Shown: one piece after another, positions 29,790-43,612 of the stretch
Layout: every line of letters starts with the position of its first letter
Numbering within the stretch: position 1 is the first letter of the stretch
Source of the DNA: Mobula hypostoma
Lineage: Eukaryota
Assembly: GCF_963921235.1 (NCBI RefSeq)
Contig: NC_086109.1
Coordinates: 29,452,001 to 29,516,000, forward strand
Direction: 5' to 3'
Length of the DNA stretch: 64,000 nt
Position numbers and translations under genes: made by a program
The notes under the pieces: model-generated
Databases searched by the model: none
What the model saw: only the letters and a program-made list of their open reading frames with translations
Told to the model about the DNA's origin: nothing

Positions 29790-29915
29790 GAAAGTCCTGA
29801 AGAGTCAGCCTGAAACATCAGCTGTTAACTCTTTCATTGATACTGCCTGGCCTGCTGAGTACCAGCATTTTATGTGTGTTGCTTTGGATTTCCAGCATCT
29901 GCAGATCTCATGTTT
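29790..29915 (+). mobile_element. Penelope-like terminal repeat fragment
   Basis: GTCCTGAAGAGTCAGCCTGAAACATC hammerhead-like remnant followed by the CTGCCTGGCCTGCTGAGT...TTCCAGCATCTGCAGA block. Confidence 0.65.
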
Positions 29916-31009
29916 GAAATCCATGTCCTTTCTCCCCTTTTACACTAATCCCAATTGCCTCTGTTACCACAGATTTTTTTCTATTGCCTATTTAATTGTC
30001 TGTGTAAATTCCTCTCAGATGATCTGATTCTATCACCACCTTGCAGTGCATTACAAATATCAGCCAGTTAGTGCATAATTAAAAAGTTACCCATCAAATC
30101 CCTTACCTCTCAATTTAAAACTCTTCTTTTTGTTACTGCTACTCTGGCAAAAAATGACTTCCTGATCTATCCATGCTTCTCAGAATTTTATATTCATTCA
30201 TGTCACCCTTCAGCAATCTTCTCTCCAGTGAAAATAAGATGAACATATCCAATCTTTCGCCCCTAACAGAAGTCTTTCAGTTTTGGTGAACTTCCTGGAC
30301 TCATCTCCAGCACAATCCTATCCTTTAAATGTTGGTGTTTCCAATAAACGCTGGAAATTCAGGGAAAAATTTTCACTAATTCAACCAGAAATCAAACACA
30401 GAATGCTAAAAGCACTCAGCATAGCGAGTAACTGATGTGGAGGGAGGAAAGTGGGGTTAATGTTGCAGTTTTTTAATCTATCAGCATCATTTGTTAGTCT
30501 TATTTTATAGCTTTGCCATCTGAAGCACTTTGATTTTTGATTCTGGAGACAAAATCCAATTTGGAAGTAGTTTTAGAGTGGCATGCATCTCAGTTCACTT
30601 CCCAGAGGAATTATATTTAGAGCTAGCTACAATTCAGCTATCTGAATTGCTCAGAGATTAATAGCAAATTGTGCACTTTATGCAGTAATGATGCTCTTAA
30701 GAGATCTGACTAGAGGATTTCTGAGAAAACCCAAAAATTTAATGTGACTATTTTGCCATATATTTACTGACTACATGTATTTTTTTAAGTTTCTCTAGGA
30801 GCTCTTCCAGAATTCAATCTTGTTCAGGTATTAACTTGAGAATATCTGCACATTCAGATATTGACTTGAGAATATCTACTAACTCAGAGAGAAAAAAAAA
30901 TCCCTTATCAAACAAGGCAGGTAAGAAAAGATGTACTGACATTGGAGAGGGTCCAGATGAGGTTTGCAAGAATGATCCAGGAATGAAAGGGTTTGATAGC
31001 TCTGGACCA

Positions 31010-32190
31010 AAACATGGAAGAACCTTCACAAACTCCAATAGCCACGAAGATACTGAGGTTTCAATCTGAGGCCGACTTCAGAGCATTCTTCAGGATGGTG
31101 AACCCATGGAAAGCATTTAGCCTAGAAAGAGTTCCTGGAGGAGTACTCAAGCTCTGCGTTAATCAACTGGCTGGAATATTCACCAATATCTTTAACCTTT
31201 TGCATTGGCAGTCTGTGGCACCCTCTTGTTTCAAGCAGGCTTCAATTATACTGGTGCCTAAATATAATCAATAGCTATTATCCGGAAGTGTGATGAAGTG
31301 TTTTGACATGTTGGTGGTGAAACATATCAACTCTTACTTGAGAAGTTGAGAAAGATCCACTCCAGTTCACCTACCATCACAACAGATCAGCTGAAGATTC
31401 CATTTCATTGGCTCTTCACTCACTCAAACTTGAAACATCTAGACAGCTAAGATGCAGACATCAGGATGCTCCTCATTGCCTATAGCTCAGCATTCAATAT
31501 TACCATCCCTAAAAACTAATCAATAAGCTTCAAGACCTGGGCCTCAATACCTCTTTGTGCAACTGGATTCTTGATTTCTTCACTTGCAGACCCCAGCTAG
31601 TTCAGATTAACAACAGCATCTCTACCATCTCCATCAGCACGGATGCCTTGTTCTTAGCCCCTTGCTCTACCTACTTCATACTTATGACTGTAAGGCTGAG
31701 CACAGTTCCAATGCCGTATTTAAGTTTGCTGATGATTCTGCAGTCTTTGGCTACTGCACAGGACCGAAAGAAGCTGCAGAGGTAATAAATTTAGTTGGCT
31801 CCATCATGGATGCTAGCCTAGAAAGTACCCAGGAGCAGTGTTTCAGAAAGGCAACGTCCATTATTAAGGGCCCCCAGCACCCAGGGCATGCCCTCTTCTC
31901 ACAGTTACCATCAGGTAGGAGGTACAGAAGCCTGAAGGCACACACACTCAGTGACTCAGGAACAGCTTCTTCCCCTCTGCCATCTGATTGCTAAATGGGC
32001 ATTGAACCCTTGGACACTACCTCACTTTTAAATACATATTAAAATCTATTCAATATACATATACTGTAATTGATTTATTTATTTAGGTTATTATTATTTC
32101 TTCTATTTTATGCATTGCATTGAACTGCTACTGCTAAGTTAACAAATTTCATGATACATGCCGGTGATAGTAAACCTAATTCTGATTCTG
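31010..32190 (+). mobile_element. Rex1/Babar LINE fragment, internally deleted
   Basis: [50 protein letters not shown] tail. Confidence 0.8.
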
Positions 32191-32904
32191 AACAGTAAAA
32201 TGCAGAACAGAGAGCAGGAAACAGGCATTTAGCTGATTGTCTATATATGCATGAATCCAATCATCATCCCATTGCATGGATATGACAGTAATTAATACTT
32301 CTTATGGGTGTGATGATCAAGGCATTTGGGGTTGTTACATGTAGTAAAGCATTGTAAGTATGGATTTGTCTGAATTGCTCTGAATTTTTCTTTGATCTTT
32401 AACTCATAAAATGTTATGTAGAGTTGGGCCAGGCAGACCTTGCTTTGAAAGGGTCTCTCTCTCTCTCTCTCTTTGACACCCCCCCACCACCACAACTCCA
32501 AAGGCTGTCAGTTTTGTTGTGATATTTTGTTGAATATAGAGACTGCTTCATTGGATACCAGTGCTTCTCTCTGGAGACTTCACTCGCGCAACAGATTCAG
32601 GGGTTCAATTTGAAACATCAACAGTTCCTTTGTCCTCGCAGTTCAAAGTTCAAAGTTCAAAATAAATTTACTATCAAAGTATGTTCAGTATATACCCTGA
32701 ATTTCATTTTCATGCAGGCTTTCACAGTAGAACAAAGAAATACAATAGAATCAATGAGAAACTAGAAATCAACAAATACTTTCAAACCGCCAATGTTTCT
32801 CTCTCTCTCTCTTTCGTTATTCCAAAGGCTATCAGCTTATTTGAGATATTTTGTGGAATAAAGAGTCTGCTTCATGACTACCAGTACTTCTCTCCAATGA
32901 CATT

Positions 32905-35820
32905 TGGTATTGGGAGTGGGATACCTCTCTGCAACTCATCGTGTGGTCAGCGATCTCAGCAATCTGAGTGGGTGAGTATTTTTAAAATTAGCACACTTAG
33001 ACCTGTTCACGTCAGTGGTTCATGGGATTGCTAGCTGAGATGCACATGAAGTGCTGAACCGGTTGATGTAAAGTAGTCTAAGCGCATACATATGTGTTTA
33101 TGTAAGAGACAAAACTTTTTGTGTTAATTTGGTGAGACAGGACCATCAGCTGCAAAGGCTGATTACTGAAGGTTCAGGATGCCAGTGGAGGCATGTACAC
33201 TCATTCCAGGAGCTGTATTTTAGCATATTCGTTTGTGAGTGTGTGTGTGTGTGTGTCTTGGTGTAACAGTTAGATGCAAAGGAATACAACAGGAAGTTTT
33301 AGATTTAGCGATAGCATTGGATTCGACCTACTCTGCAACAGTGTCATGGGCCAGTGAGTTAGACCAAAGGAGGAGCAAGATAATTAGTAAAGTGGCTGTA
33401 GGGAATGTAGCTGCCGTGACATCACAGAGGATTTGCTCTATGTGCCAGCAGCCGGGGCACGTAGCAAGGAACTGCTGGAATAGAGGTGGGAGGGAAAAGA
33501 TGATTTGTTACAGCTGTGGCTTCTAAGGTGATGGTTGGAGTCAGTGTTCTGAAAAATGAAGAAAGTGTAAAAGTTACTTTTTAGGTAGGCAGCAGCACCC
33601 TCTCTTTCTGATTTGGCTGCTGACAGATTATAGAGCCAGGGAGGTCAGGCAAATGGCGGATAGCAGCCTCTGTTGCCAGTGTTGGTCACCCACAGATATA
33701 CACAAGAGGTTTATTAGGGGGGCTAAAAATGTTAGTGGACACGGCATCGTCAGTATCAATAACACTGGACAACAAATTTTTTCAAAAGTATTGCTTCCTC
33801 AGAATTTTTTTTTTGTTTATGATAGACTGCTTGAAGATGAACACAAATATAATTTCAGACTACTTGTATCACATAGGAGTTTGGAGAAACAACAAATTAA
33901 CTTTTATTGAATATAATGCGTTTAATTGCATAATGGTGCTGATGTTTTGCAATAGTTCAACTAAGTTAAAAATATTTTGTTAATGATTTTCATTTGTACT
34001 CAGTGTTTGAGGCTTCTCGCTTAAGTGTCCAACAATAATTCTCCAGCATTGATGGATTCCAGTTGCCCTGGTATCTTTTCTCCATGACCTCAATGTCCTG
34101 GTGAAACCTTTCACCATGCTTGTCACTAACAGCATCAAGATTTGCAGGGAAGAAGTCTAAATGGGAATGCAGAAAATGAATCTTTAGTGACATGTTGCAT
34201 TTCATGGTTTTATATGCTTGAAGCATGCTTTCAACCAGCTGCATGTAGTTTGGTGCTCTGTAGATGTTGAGAAAAACGTCAACAACTTCTTTGAATGCCT
34301 TCCATGTGATTTTCTCTGGTCCCACTAGAAATACTTCAAATTGACTGCCATTGGTGACCTGTTTGATTTGTGGACCAACAAAAATGCTTTCCTTAATCTT
34401 GGCATCAGTTATTCTGGGAAGCATCTGTCTCAAATATCAAAATCCTTCATAGAAATTTTGTGCCTGGTGATAGCAAATTCCATCTTTACAGTCCTGAACC
34501 CAAGAATTATTACTAAAGCCTGTCCTGCCATGCAGCAGCCATGCTGCCTAAGCGTGCCCAATCATGCCTGGACAAGATAGGAAACTTTCCAGCTTACATT
34601 GTAGGCAACATTTTAATTGACTTGAATTATGAAATAAAATTATAAACTTAAGCGATTTCAAAAAATGGTGTGTGATAGGAAAATTTCTTGGTGATTTTCA
34701 TGATCAGTAGCCCAAAATTCATAAGTATACCTAAAGGTATTTAGGAAGCAAAATCTTTGTTGTCCAGTATAACTGATCCACCGATTTACATTACTAGTGC
34801 AGGAGGTGAAAAACGAGGGTGGAGAGAAGTTAGCCTCAGGTACTCGAAATTGGTGGAGTGCAGCTTCCAGTATATTTCTGGATCTGTCCAAATAATGAGG
34901 GTACTCTCCCTGGAATAGACATCCTAAGGGGAACAGGGGACCGTTATAGGTTCAGGAAAGGGAGAAATAACATGGACAAGGCAGAGTCAGCGAACATGTG
35001 TGACCTGCAAAGCAGCTAACTCGGCCCACAGAGAGACAGCAGCTCCAAACAGGGAGGAGAGACAAGGTGATCTGCAGGAATCAGGTCAGGAGGTCCCCAG
35101 GGGAGGGGCTGAGCACAGCCAGGAGCTGTTAGAAGTAGTGCAGCTGCTTAAGGTGATCTCAGTAAAGTCTCACCAGAAAGGGGATAGCAAGGAGCAGAAC
35201 TGCAACAAGTGGGCAGACGTCAGTGCAAAGAGGGCAGCGGAAGAACAAGAAGCAAGAGAAATTACAAGTGCACAGAAATAAACTACAACTGCCAATTTAG
35301 TAACATTACACGGAGATGTGAAGGGCCAAGCAAAGCAACAGCAGTACGTTGCTGATTAGAGAGAGCCGGAGGGAAAGGAGATGTTCTCCCACAGCTGGGT
35401 GACCAAGTCATGGTGAGGATGCTGCCTGAAAAGTAGGGTTTGCTCCCAGATGGGTAAGACCAAGAATGGTACTTCCAACAAATGACACTTGTGTCTGTGT
35501 GTAGATTCGTCGAGGCAGCCAGTGGCAACACTGGACGCAGGTTAAACTGTATAACTCACCTTCACCCTCAGTAACTCAGTAACTGTCTAACGACAGAGAA
35601 CCTAAGAGATCAACACCAGCCGGCCACACCAGACCTGACTACTGTCAATGGAAACACACCCACAGCAAACAAAAAGGCAGAAGACACCGAGAGTGCGACA
35701 GAAATGTGAATAGCATGCTGAAGTGTAATGGTAACGGTACTCTGTAAAGAAGCCTTGTTACTGAAGATAGTTGATTAGTTGAAAAGAAATTGGGGAAAAT
35801 AGATGGGGCGGGATTGAAGT
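32905..35820 (+). mobile_element. Endogenous retrovirus / LTR element remnant (gag zinc knuckles, protease, RNase H, integrase C-terminus)
   Basis: PBS-like TGGTATTGGGAGTGGGAT at 32905; CCHC CSMCQQPGHVARNC plus a second decayed knuckle; protease-like LVDTASSVSI at 33729; RNase H VKSHQKGDSKEQNCNKWADVSAKRAA; GDQVMV...PRW and WQHWTQVK integrase-tail remnants. Heavily deleted. Confidence 0.7.
33763..34769 (-). mobile_element. Chapaev3-like DNA transposon, deletion derivative with transposase C-terminal fragment
   Basis: TIR CACTGGACAACAAA / TTTGTTGTCCAGTA with 3-bp TSD TAA; minus ORF 33990-34433 AKIKESIFVGPQI...MSLKIHFLHSHLDFFP...SDKHGERFHQDI...RYQG...YCW. Confidence 0.75.
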
Positions 35821-36129
35821 TAAAGCAGAGACATCAGGTTTCACAACTTCAGTGGCATGGCAGTCTGAGGAAGATCGCAGATGGCATCTGAAGGCATTCA
35901 ACCCAGTCTGAATGGGGAGTGCATACAAGTGAGCTGGGCCCCTTCAGCAGTCAGGCCAGGGATCAACTGGATAGTTGAAAGGGGGTGCCATGGCGGAGAG
36001 ATCCTTGCAGTTATTAAAATAGAGACCACTCCAACCCCTTCTTGTACATCAATGAGAGGGCCTGTGAGCCTGATACATTTACCTTGCTGGTGCCCCTGGA
36101 AAGAGAAAGTTTTAGGTACCATCTGATGA

Positions 36130-37440
36130 CCGTGTGATCTCTGTCTTGGAGGCTGAAGGCAGGATGTCTTTCAAGCGGGTGAACTCTCGCAATGCAGAAG
36201 GGCCTGACGGAGTACCTGGTAAGGGTCTGAAAACCAACTGGTGGGAATATTCAAAGACACTTTCAATTTCTCACTGCTAAAGTCGGAAATTCCCACCTGG
36301 ACGATGCAAATACCTACGTCAGGATGCTGTTTATTGACTATAGTTTTGCATTTAACACCATCATTCTTACAGTCCTAATTGAAAAGCTACAGAACCTGGC
36401 CTCTGTACCTCCCTCTGCAACATCCTAATTGGAAGACCACAATTGATGCAGATTGGAAATAACACCTCCAGCTTGCTGATACTCAACACTGGTGCACCAC
36501 AGGGATGTGTGCTTCGTCGGCTGCTATGCTCTCTCTACACCCACGACTGTGTGGCTAGGCACAGCTCAAACAGCATCTATAAATTTGCTGACAGAATTTT
36601 AGATGGTGATGTAAGGGCACACAGGAGCATAATATATCAGTTAGTTGAGTGGTGTCACAGCAACAACCTTGTGCTCAATGTCAGGAAGTCCAAAGAGCTG
36701 ATTGTGGACTTCAGGAAATGTAAGACGCAGGAACACAAATCAATCCTCGTTGACGAATTAGAAGTGGAGAGAGTGAGCAATTTCAAGTTCCTGTGTGTCA
36801 ATACCTCTGAGGATCTAACCTGGACGCGACATATTGATGTGACTCTAAAGAAGGCAGGACAGCGGCTAGGAATTTAAGGAGATTTAGTTTGTCAACTAAA
36901 ACACTTGAAAACTTCTACAGGTGTACCGTGGCGAGCATTCTGACAGGTTGCATCACAGTCTAGTATGGGATTGGGGGGGAGTTACTACACAGGATTGAAA
37001 GAAGCTACAGAAACTTGTTAAACTAGTCAGCTCGATCATGGGTAACAACTTCCATAGTATCAAGACAACGTCAAGAAGCCTTTCCTTAGGAAGGTGGCGT
37101 CCATCATTAAGGATCTCCTCCACCCACGCAATGTCTTCTTCACACTGTTACCATTAGTAAGGAGGGTCAGAAGCTTGAAGGCACTCACTCACTGATTCAG
37201 GAATAGCTTCTTCCCTTTTGCCATCCAACTTCTAAATGGACATTAAACCCATGAACATTACCTCAGTACTTTCCTTATTTCTGTTATTTTGCACTACTTA
37301 TTTAACTTAACTATTTAAAAGACATATAGATAGTATATATATACTTAATGTAACTCAGTTTTTTCCCTATACTTATCATGTATTTCATTGCACTGCTGCC
37401 GTAAAGTTAACAAATTTCACATCATATACCCTGTGACTCT
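36130..37440 (+). mobile_element. Rex1/Babar LINE fragment
   Basis: TGAPQGCVL, YTHDCVARHSSNSIYKFAD, KSKELIVDFRK, FKFLCVNTSEDLTW. Confidence 0.85.
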
Positions 37441-40400
37441 ACTTGTACTAGAGTGACCAACCCATATTGATTCAATTGTTTTTTTACCAAATTAAAAATA
37501 TTTTACCTTAGAACTAAAATGAGTTAAGATGTACGAGGAATACCTTACCAAGTTACCTTGACTTGTGATTGCAAGAGTCTGGAAAACAGGCACCACATCA
37601 AAGCAATATGTGCAACTTCAAATTAGGCGTCTTTAACTCCTGCATCACTACTGCAGTCAGATTTCTACTCTCCTCCAAATCCACGCATAGCTTTTCCCAA
37701 TGTAATCTGTGGTATGAGATTAGAATGAGAAATTCTGATTGATTTTCCTGCTCTTTGTCAGATTGAAGGCTAATTGTTGCAATATCAGCTAAATGCATGC
37801 AGGGGAGTGGGGTATCAAATATACAGGTGTGACGGGCAACAGATAATTCTGGACACCATGTATTATTGGAAGCAGAAACTTTTATTTATTTGGAGTTGGG
37901 TGATGACTATAAGCCAATTTTAAGTTGCATTTTTAACTTGGAGTGGTGGACCATTGGGCTGACCTGAGAATGCTGTGTTCTTGGAACTTAAATATAGAAG
38001 GAGCTATAAACTTCCAGAGCATTGCTCTTCAGGTTTATGGCCCATTCTGAGCTATTTAATTAGATTGCTGCTTTGTATTAACTTTCAGCTATCAATTTTT
38101 ATACCATATATGTTTAAGTCATGTCCATGAAAATATTTTCCACTTTTCCTGGAGGTGCTATTGCATTGCATTTTACTTAATTAATTTATCTAATATTCTA
38201 CATCCTCATTGTGTATTTGTTAACTCTTGGCTGGATGTATGCTGCATGCGAAGCTTTCTTTTCATGACTCCTAATTTTCCATAGCTGAACCAGCTAAAGA
38301 GACATTTTTGACACCTTCCAAAATTTGTTACAGCTAATAAATAAAATCATTCAAAAATTGGGGAAAATCATTTTTAATGATGATTAAAAATCACTTTTTC
38401 TCCAGCTGGCATCAATGTCCAAGAAGCATATGTTTAATTCCTGTAGATTCAAAGGCAATGTTAGAAAATTGGCAACAATACCTTCCCTCTACAAAAAATA
38501 ATTAATACCTGAGATAATTATTTTTGCCTTTTATTTTTGACTTCTAATGGTGTTCACTTTTGCTTATCAGTACCTCCATAAGTAGTAGCAAGTAGAGTAA
38601 CCTCCAAAAGCATGCAAAGTTAGCTCCAGTGGACTGGGGAGATGAGATCAACAATGTGATGAACTGGCCAGGAAAGCAGTTCTGCCACACTTGGTGGAGA
38701 GCAAAAGGCATAACAAGGCACAGAAGAAGTCATGGTCATCCACTGCATCCAAGGAAGACGCCAGCTGTGATGGCTACTCGTACCGCTGGAACCAGACTTC
38801 TGAGGTTGAGAGAACGGAACTGCCCTAGTGCAGCGGCTTTTCCCAGTTTAAAAACACTCTTGCAATGGTTTCTTCATGCAGTTCACATCATCTGAAAGTA
38901 GAACTGTACAAACCTAACAGTCATTGTTGGATATGATGGACAATCAATTCAATCAATTACCTCCAGAAGTGTGAATTTAATGAGGAATTTATTATATTTG
39001 TTCACAATACTTTCTCCTTTAACTAATTTAGCCTGCATATAATGAGGTGAGCCAGTGTGCTATCATGTTTTGTCTGATACCTTCTCTCCCTGTGTGGGCC
39101 TTATCCAGAACTGCATATTTGCAAATGTCAAATAAGCTTGTGGAAGAGAACTGCAGCCTAAGCAAATGTATTTAAGAAATTAAAATAACAAGAGGCAATG
39201 TTTCTCAAAATCTTAATTTACTTTGAATTAATTAGAGCCAAACAGTTCTCTTGCAAGCACAAGAATCAATTCTAGGTAATAATCATAAAATAAATAATTC
39301 TTAAAACTTAGCTAATTTATTTATTTGCAAAGACCATAAAAATGGTATCGTTGATGGTGGTTAAGTATGATAACAGGAGCAGAATCAATACAGCTATACT
39401 TCTATGAAACAAGGAGGAGAAGAACGCATATGCTGACAAACAGTTGACATAAGGAAAGGTAGAATGACATTATCAAGCATATGATATGGGATTGAAGAGT
39501 TAGCATTGTACAGTACATAGAGTTACTGGACTATTAATGCACTGAAATTCAGAACATCAGATGCATGTGAAAATATATTTTCTAGGATCTAGGTTTCCAG
39601 GTTTCTCTCTAAATTAATGTAATAGGATAAAAGGAGCTGCATATATTTCAGGTATTCAGCATATTTAAATTTGTTTGCAAACACAATTTGTGTTGAGTAG
39701 GTTTGATTCCTTAATGTGAGACTTCTCTCCAGAATTCTAGACGATGCACTTTTCGTGCTCCAAAAAGAATAGTTTCTGATATTACCTTGAAAGAAGAACA
39801 ACAAAATGAGATACACAGGCTTCCGAGGTCAAGAGAGTGGAACTGCCTTTGTGCAATGGCTTTTCCAGGTTAAAGACTCCCACACAGATGAATTTCATGC
39901 AGTTCACATCATCCAAAAGTAGAACTGCACAAATCTACCTGTCATTGTTGAATATGATGGACAACCACACAGTCAATTACCTCTATAAATGTATTTCTTT
40001 GTGAATGATATGTGGACATTATCAATGAGCCATATGTCCTAATTCTGCTCCTGTATCTTATACTGCCTGGCAGGAAGAACCAAGCTCATCTTTTGCTCTC
40101 TTTCTTTTAAATGTTTCAAATCAGCAGTTCCCTCCATGACTCCCAGCTGTGCCATCCAAACACGTTCTTCTCATCCCACAGCAACTCAGCATGAAAGAGC
40201 AAGACATAAATTACTCAACATTTTAACTCCTCCGGGGTTTCAAGAACTTCTTCCAGGTGAAGCACCAATTCACTTATACATCAGAATGGGATACTGAATT
40301 CTTTGCTTGTGATGCAGTCTCCCTTATATTGCAGATTAAATGCAGATTGGTGATTGCTTTATGAAACATGGCCATTAAGGCTGGAAGTATAGCCGTTACC

Positions 40401-41179
40401 TTCTCATATCAGATCATTTTACTTCATGGTAATTATTAAATCATTGTAAGAGCTTGCTGCACACAAATTACTTGCCATGTTTTCTGTAAACTTCAACAAG
40501 TACTTCATTACTGCCAAGTATTTTGAAGGAAATGTGAAACGTCCTTTACAAATTCTAGTCATCCTCTTGTCTGCCCTCTGCTTCCCACACTATTGTACTA
40601 AAGTGCAATGAAACCAAAGGAAAATCATCTCAGTTTTCAAGTGGACACCTCTGAACTTTCTAGGGTTGGCACCAAAATCACCAGTTTTTGATCAAACCAC
40701 AGTCCCTTTTCTTCAGTTAGATGCTTCTAATGAATCATTAGACCCCACTACATTCCTCATCACCTCAAATTTGATCCAAATTTTTACTGGTCAAAATAAA
40801 ATCCCATTTACCTGGCATTTGCAAACTTTATGTCTTACCTCTTACTTTATCAGGAATCTTTACTCTCCTCTTCCCTTACTTGGCCAAAATCTGTCACATC
40901 AGTAAATCTTTCCACATCTGATGATGTCATTCATCTAATGTTGGACCTGCTTTCCTCTCTCCACAGGTGTTGTCTGACTACATTTTATGACTTTATTTTG
41001 GATTTCTGCAGTACTTTGCTTTTTCTTTCCTTAATGTTAGATTTCCCAATCTATATCTTTTCTACTTGGCCAAGACTAGTGGAAAAGAAAATAACATGTA
41101 TATCCTTCACCTACCTGGTAAAACCTAAGGTGTATAGAGTCTAGGTCTATATATAGCTAAGTATATGAATGTTACTTAT

Positions 41180-41440
41180 TTATTTATTGAGATATAGTGT
41201 GGAATAGGCTCTTGTGGTTCTTCAAGCTGTGCCACCCAGCAACCCACGATTTAACCCCAGCCTAATCACAAGACAATTTACATACCAACCAGCATGTTTT
41301 TTGATGAATGGGAAGAAACCAGAGCACTCGGAGGAAACCCACATAGTCACGGGGAGAACGTACATACTCCTTACAGACAGTGGCGGGAATTGAACTCCAG
41401 CCCCCTATACTGTAAAGCGTTGTACTAACCACTATCACAC
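41180..41440 (-). mobile_element. tRNA-derived SINE (HE1/Mermaid-like)
   Basis: GGAGGAAACCCACATAGTCACGGGGAGAACGTACATACTCCTTACAGACAGTGGCGGGAATTGAAC (reverse B box). Confidence 0.65.
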
Positions 41441-42632
41441 AAATTAATTGCAAGAAATTACAGTATGAACACGAAAATGCTAATCAATTTGATTTTGGAG
41501 AGGGAATGGAGCTTGAATCGGACTTGGATATTCGAGTCACTACGCCACATTGCTTCCCTCCTGAATTCAATCACTTCAGGAGCAAAGAAGTCAACAGGAG
41601 GGAGTCAGTGGGATTGCATTAACAGTATCTCAACAAGAACTCATATGCAAACTTTAAATTGCCAGGTGCACTCTTGCTTAAGAAAGCTACAATTCCAATT
41701 TATACTGTCACAGAATGGCAAACTGTTAGCTCTAAGGTGAATTTGAGTTTCGTGTCTCAGATCAAGTAATGTGAAGAAGAATTTAAGGACATAAGAACAG
41801 GATCAGGAGTAGAATACTCAACTCCTCAAGTCTGCCTTGTCGTTCAACAAGGCTGAGCTACCAGGACCATTTAAAGCATAGCAACTACCAAGTGTTCTTT
41901 TCCTTTTTGATGGGCAGGGAAAAAAACAAAAGGTAGTGTAACTAATATGATTCGATGAAAGTCTAATGAACAGGGTATTTTTATTGAAATTTGGGAGAAA
42001 AGTAGTCTGCAACATATTGTATGAGTTTAATAATATTGTAACATCATTTTACTCTGCTACTGATGATAATTCAAACATACTCTGCTATTGTAGTGCAATT
42101 CAGTAGCATAATTTCAATTTCCATATTTGTAAAATCTTTCAGTTGGATTTTAATGCGGTTGAGATTAGAGAAAAGAAAAGCTCCAATTATTCTGCATTTT
42201 TCTAATCCCTTTCAGGACATTTCAAAGCACTTTATAACCAATAAACTGCTTTTAAGGTCGTTGTTTTAGCAATATTGCTGATCTGCATGTAGTGAGGAAC
42301 CAAGTGTGAGATATACATTGAGGGACATATTTGAGAAAACTGTCTATAAGATAATGCCAAGGATCTTTTACAGCAGCCGGAGAGAGAGTACAAAGCTCTT
42401 TGCTTTTACATCTCATCCAAAAGTAGTTCTGCCAGTACTGAAGTTCATCCTTAATGTAGTACAGGCCATCTTTGGGTAATGAATGAGTTCCATTTTTACA
42501 GGCATCCTTGTTGATTTTGGCCATAAGCCAAAAAAAACACAAAAATCACTCAATATGGTAACCTTACCTCCACATTAGTTTAATGAATGGCATCAAGAAC
42601 ACATAGCACTGATAAGAATGAACAAGTACTAA

Positions 42633-42636
<4 letters not shown>

Positions 42637-42668
<32 letters not shown>
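42637..42668. repeat. (GA)n microsatellite
   Basis: Seen directly. Confidence 0.95.
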
Positions 42669-42672
<4 letters not shown>

Positions 42673-43454
42673 CAAATTCTGTCATTTAGAATGTATGAAT
42701 GTACGTCAAACTTTTGAATCAAATCATATTACAGGAGTATGTAGGGATGTTTATAACATGGGTTTGGCCTGGTCTAGAATGTCACTTGAGAGCTGTAGCA
42801 GAACCTAACTTTGGAATCTTCTGAGTCAGAAGCAAAGCAGACACTGGGCTCCTAGAAATAGTTTACTACTCCTTTTAAGGTGGAATTTAAATGAGCCTTC
42901 CAACAGCTGAATTGCTTGTCTGCTTCACTTTCATTTGTGATTTTGGATGCTGAATACAACTTTGGTAGAAAACTAGGTGGTGAATGAGGAAATTGCAATG
43001 ATTTGTAATATTTAAAGAGCTGAAAAGAAAACACAGATTATTTTTATGGAAATGCAAATGCTTACTTTACAGTAGAGCTGAAAATCCAGGGTTTATTTCT
43101 AAGCTGAATCCAGAAATCTCTGCTGATATTTCAGTCAGTACCAAGGGGATGTAACTATTTGGCAGTGCTACTTATTGGAAGTTACCCCTGACATTGTTAC
43201 TCTATGCCATTTCAACTGGACAGATTTTAATAAAGAGCAGGGAAATTATCTCCACTATTTTGGCTGATTTTTATCCCATGATAAATATTACAAAAACAGA
43301 TCTCCAGTTAAAATTACAATGTTGTATATAAGAAGTTACTGTGGTAAATTTCCACACATTATGACGTTGACTGCACTTTAAAAAGGTATTTGATTAGATG
43401 CTAAGCATTTTGGGATAACCTGCAATTGAGAAGACACCACCTATAAGTGTAACT

Positions 43455-43612
43455 TATTGCCCATTATGCTCCTGGAATTTAGGACAGCAGTGAGGGTCCT
43501 CCATCTCTGTCTGTCCTTGGCCATCTTCTCTAATGTGCCCCAGGTGAGGTTCCGGTCCTCACTTCTGCCTCTATGGTACGGCACCAAGTTGTCTTTGGTC
43601 TCCTGCGTTTCC
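43455..43612 (-). mobile_element. RTE LINE 3' end fragment
   Basis: Reverse reads KRRRPKTTWCRTIEAEV, an RTE C-terminal motif; tail similar to 16010-16080. Confidence 0.6.

Noticed and set aside
37540..37800. Possible minus-strand exon(s) with AG/GT boundaries
   Set aside because: All three frames hit stops and there is no recognisable protein similarity. A lncRNA exon cannot be excluded without RNA data.
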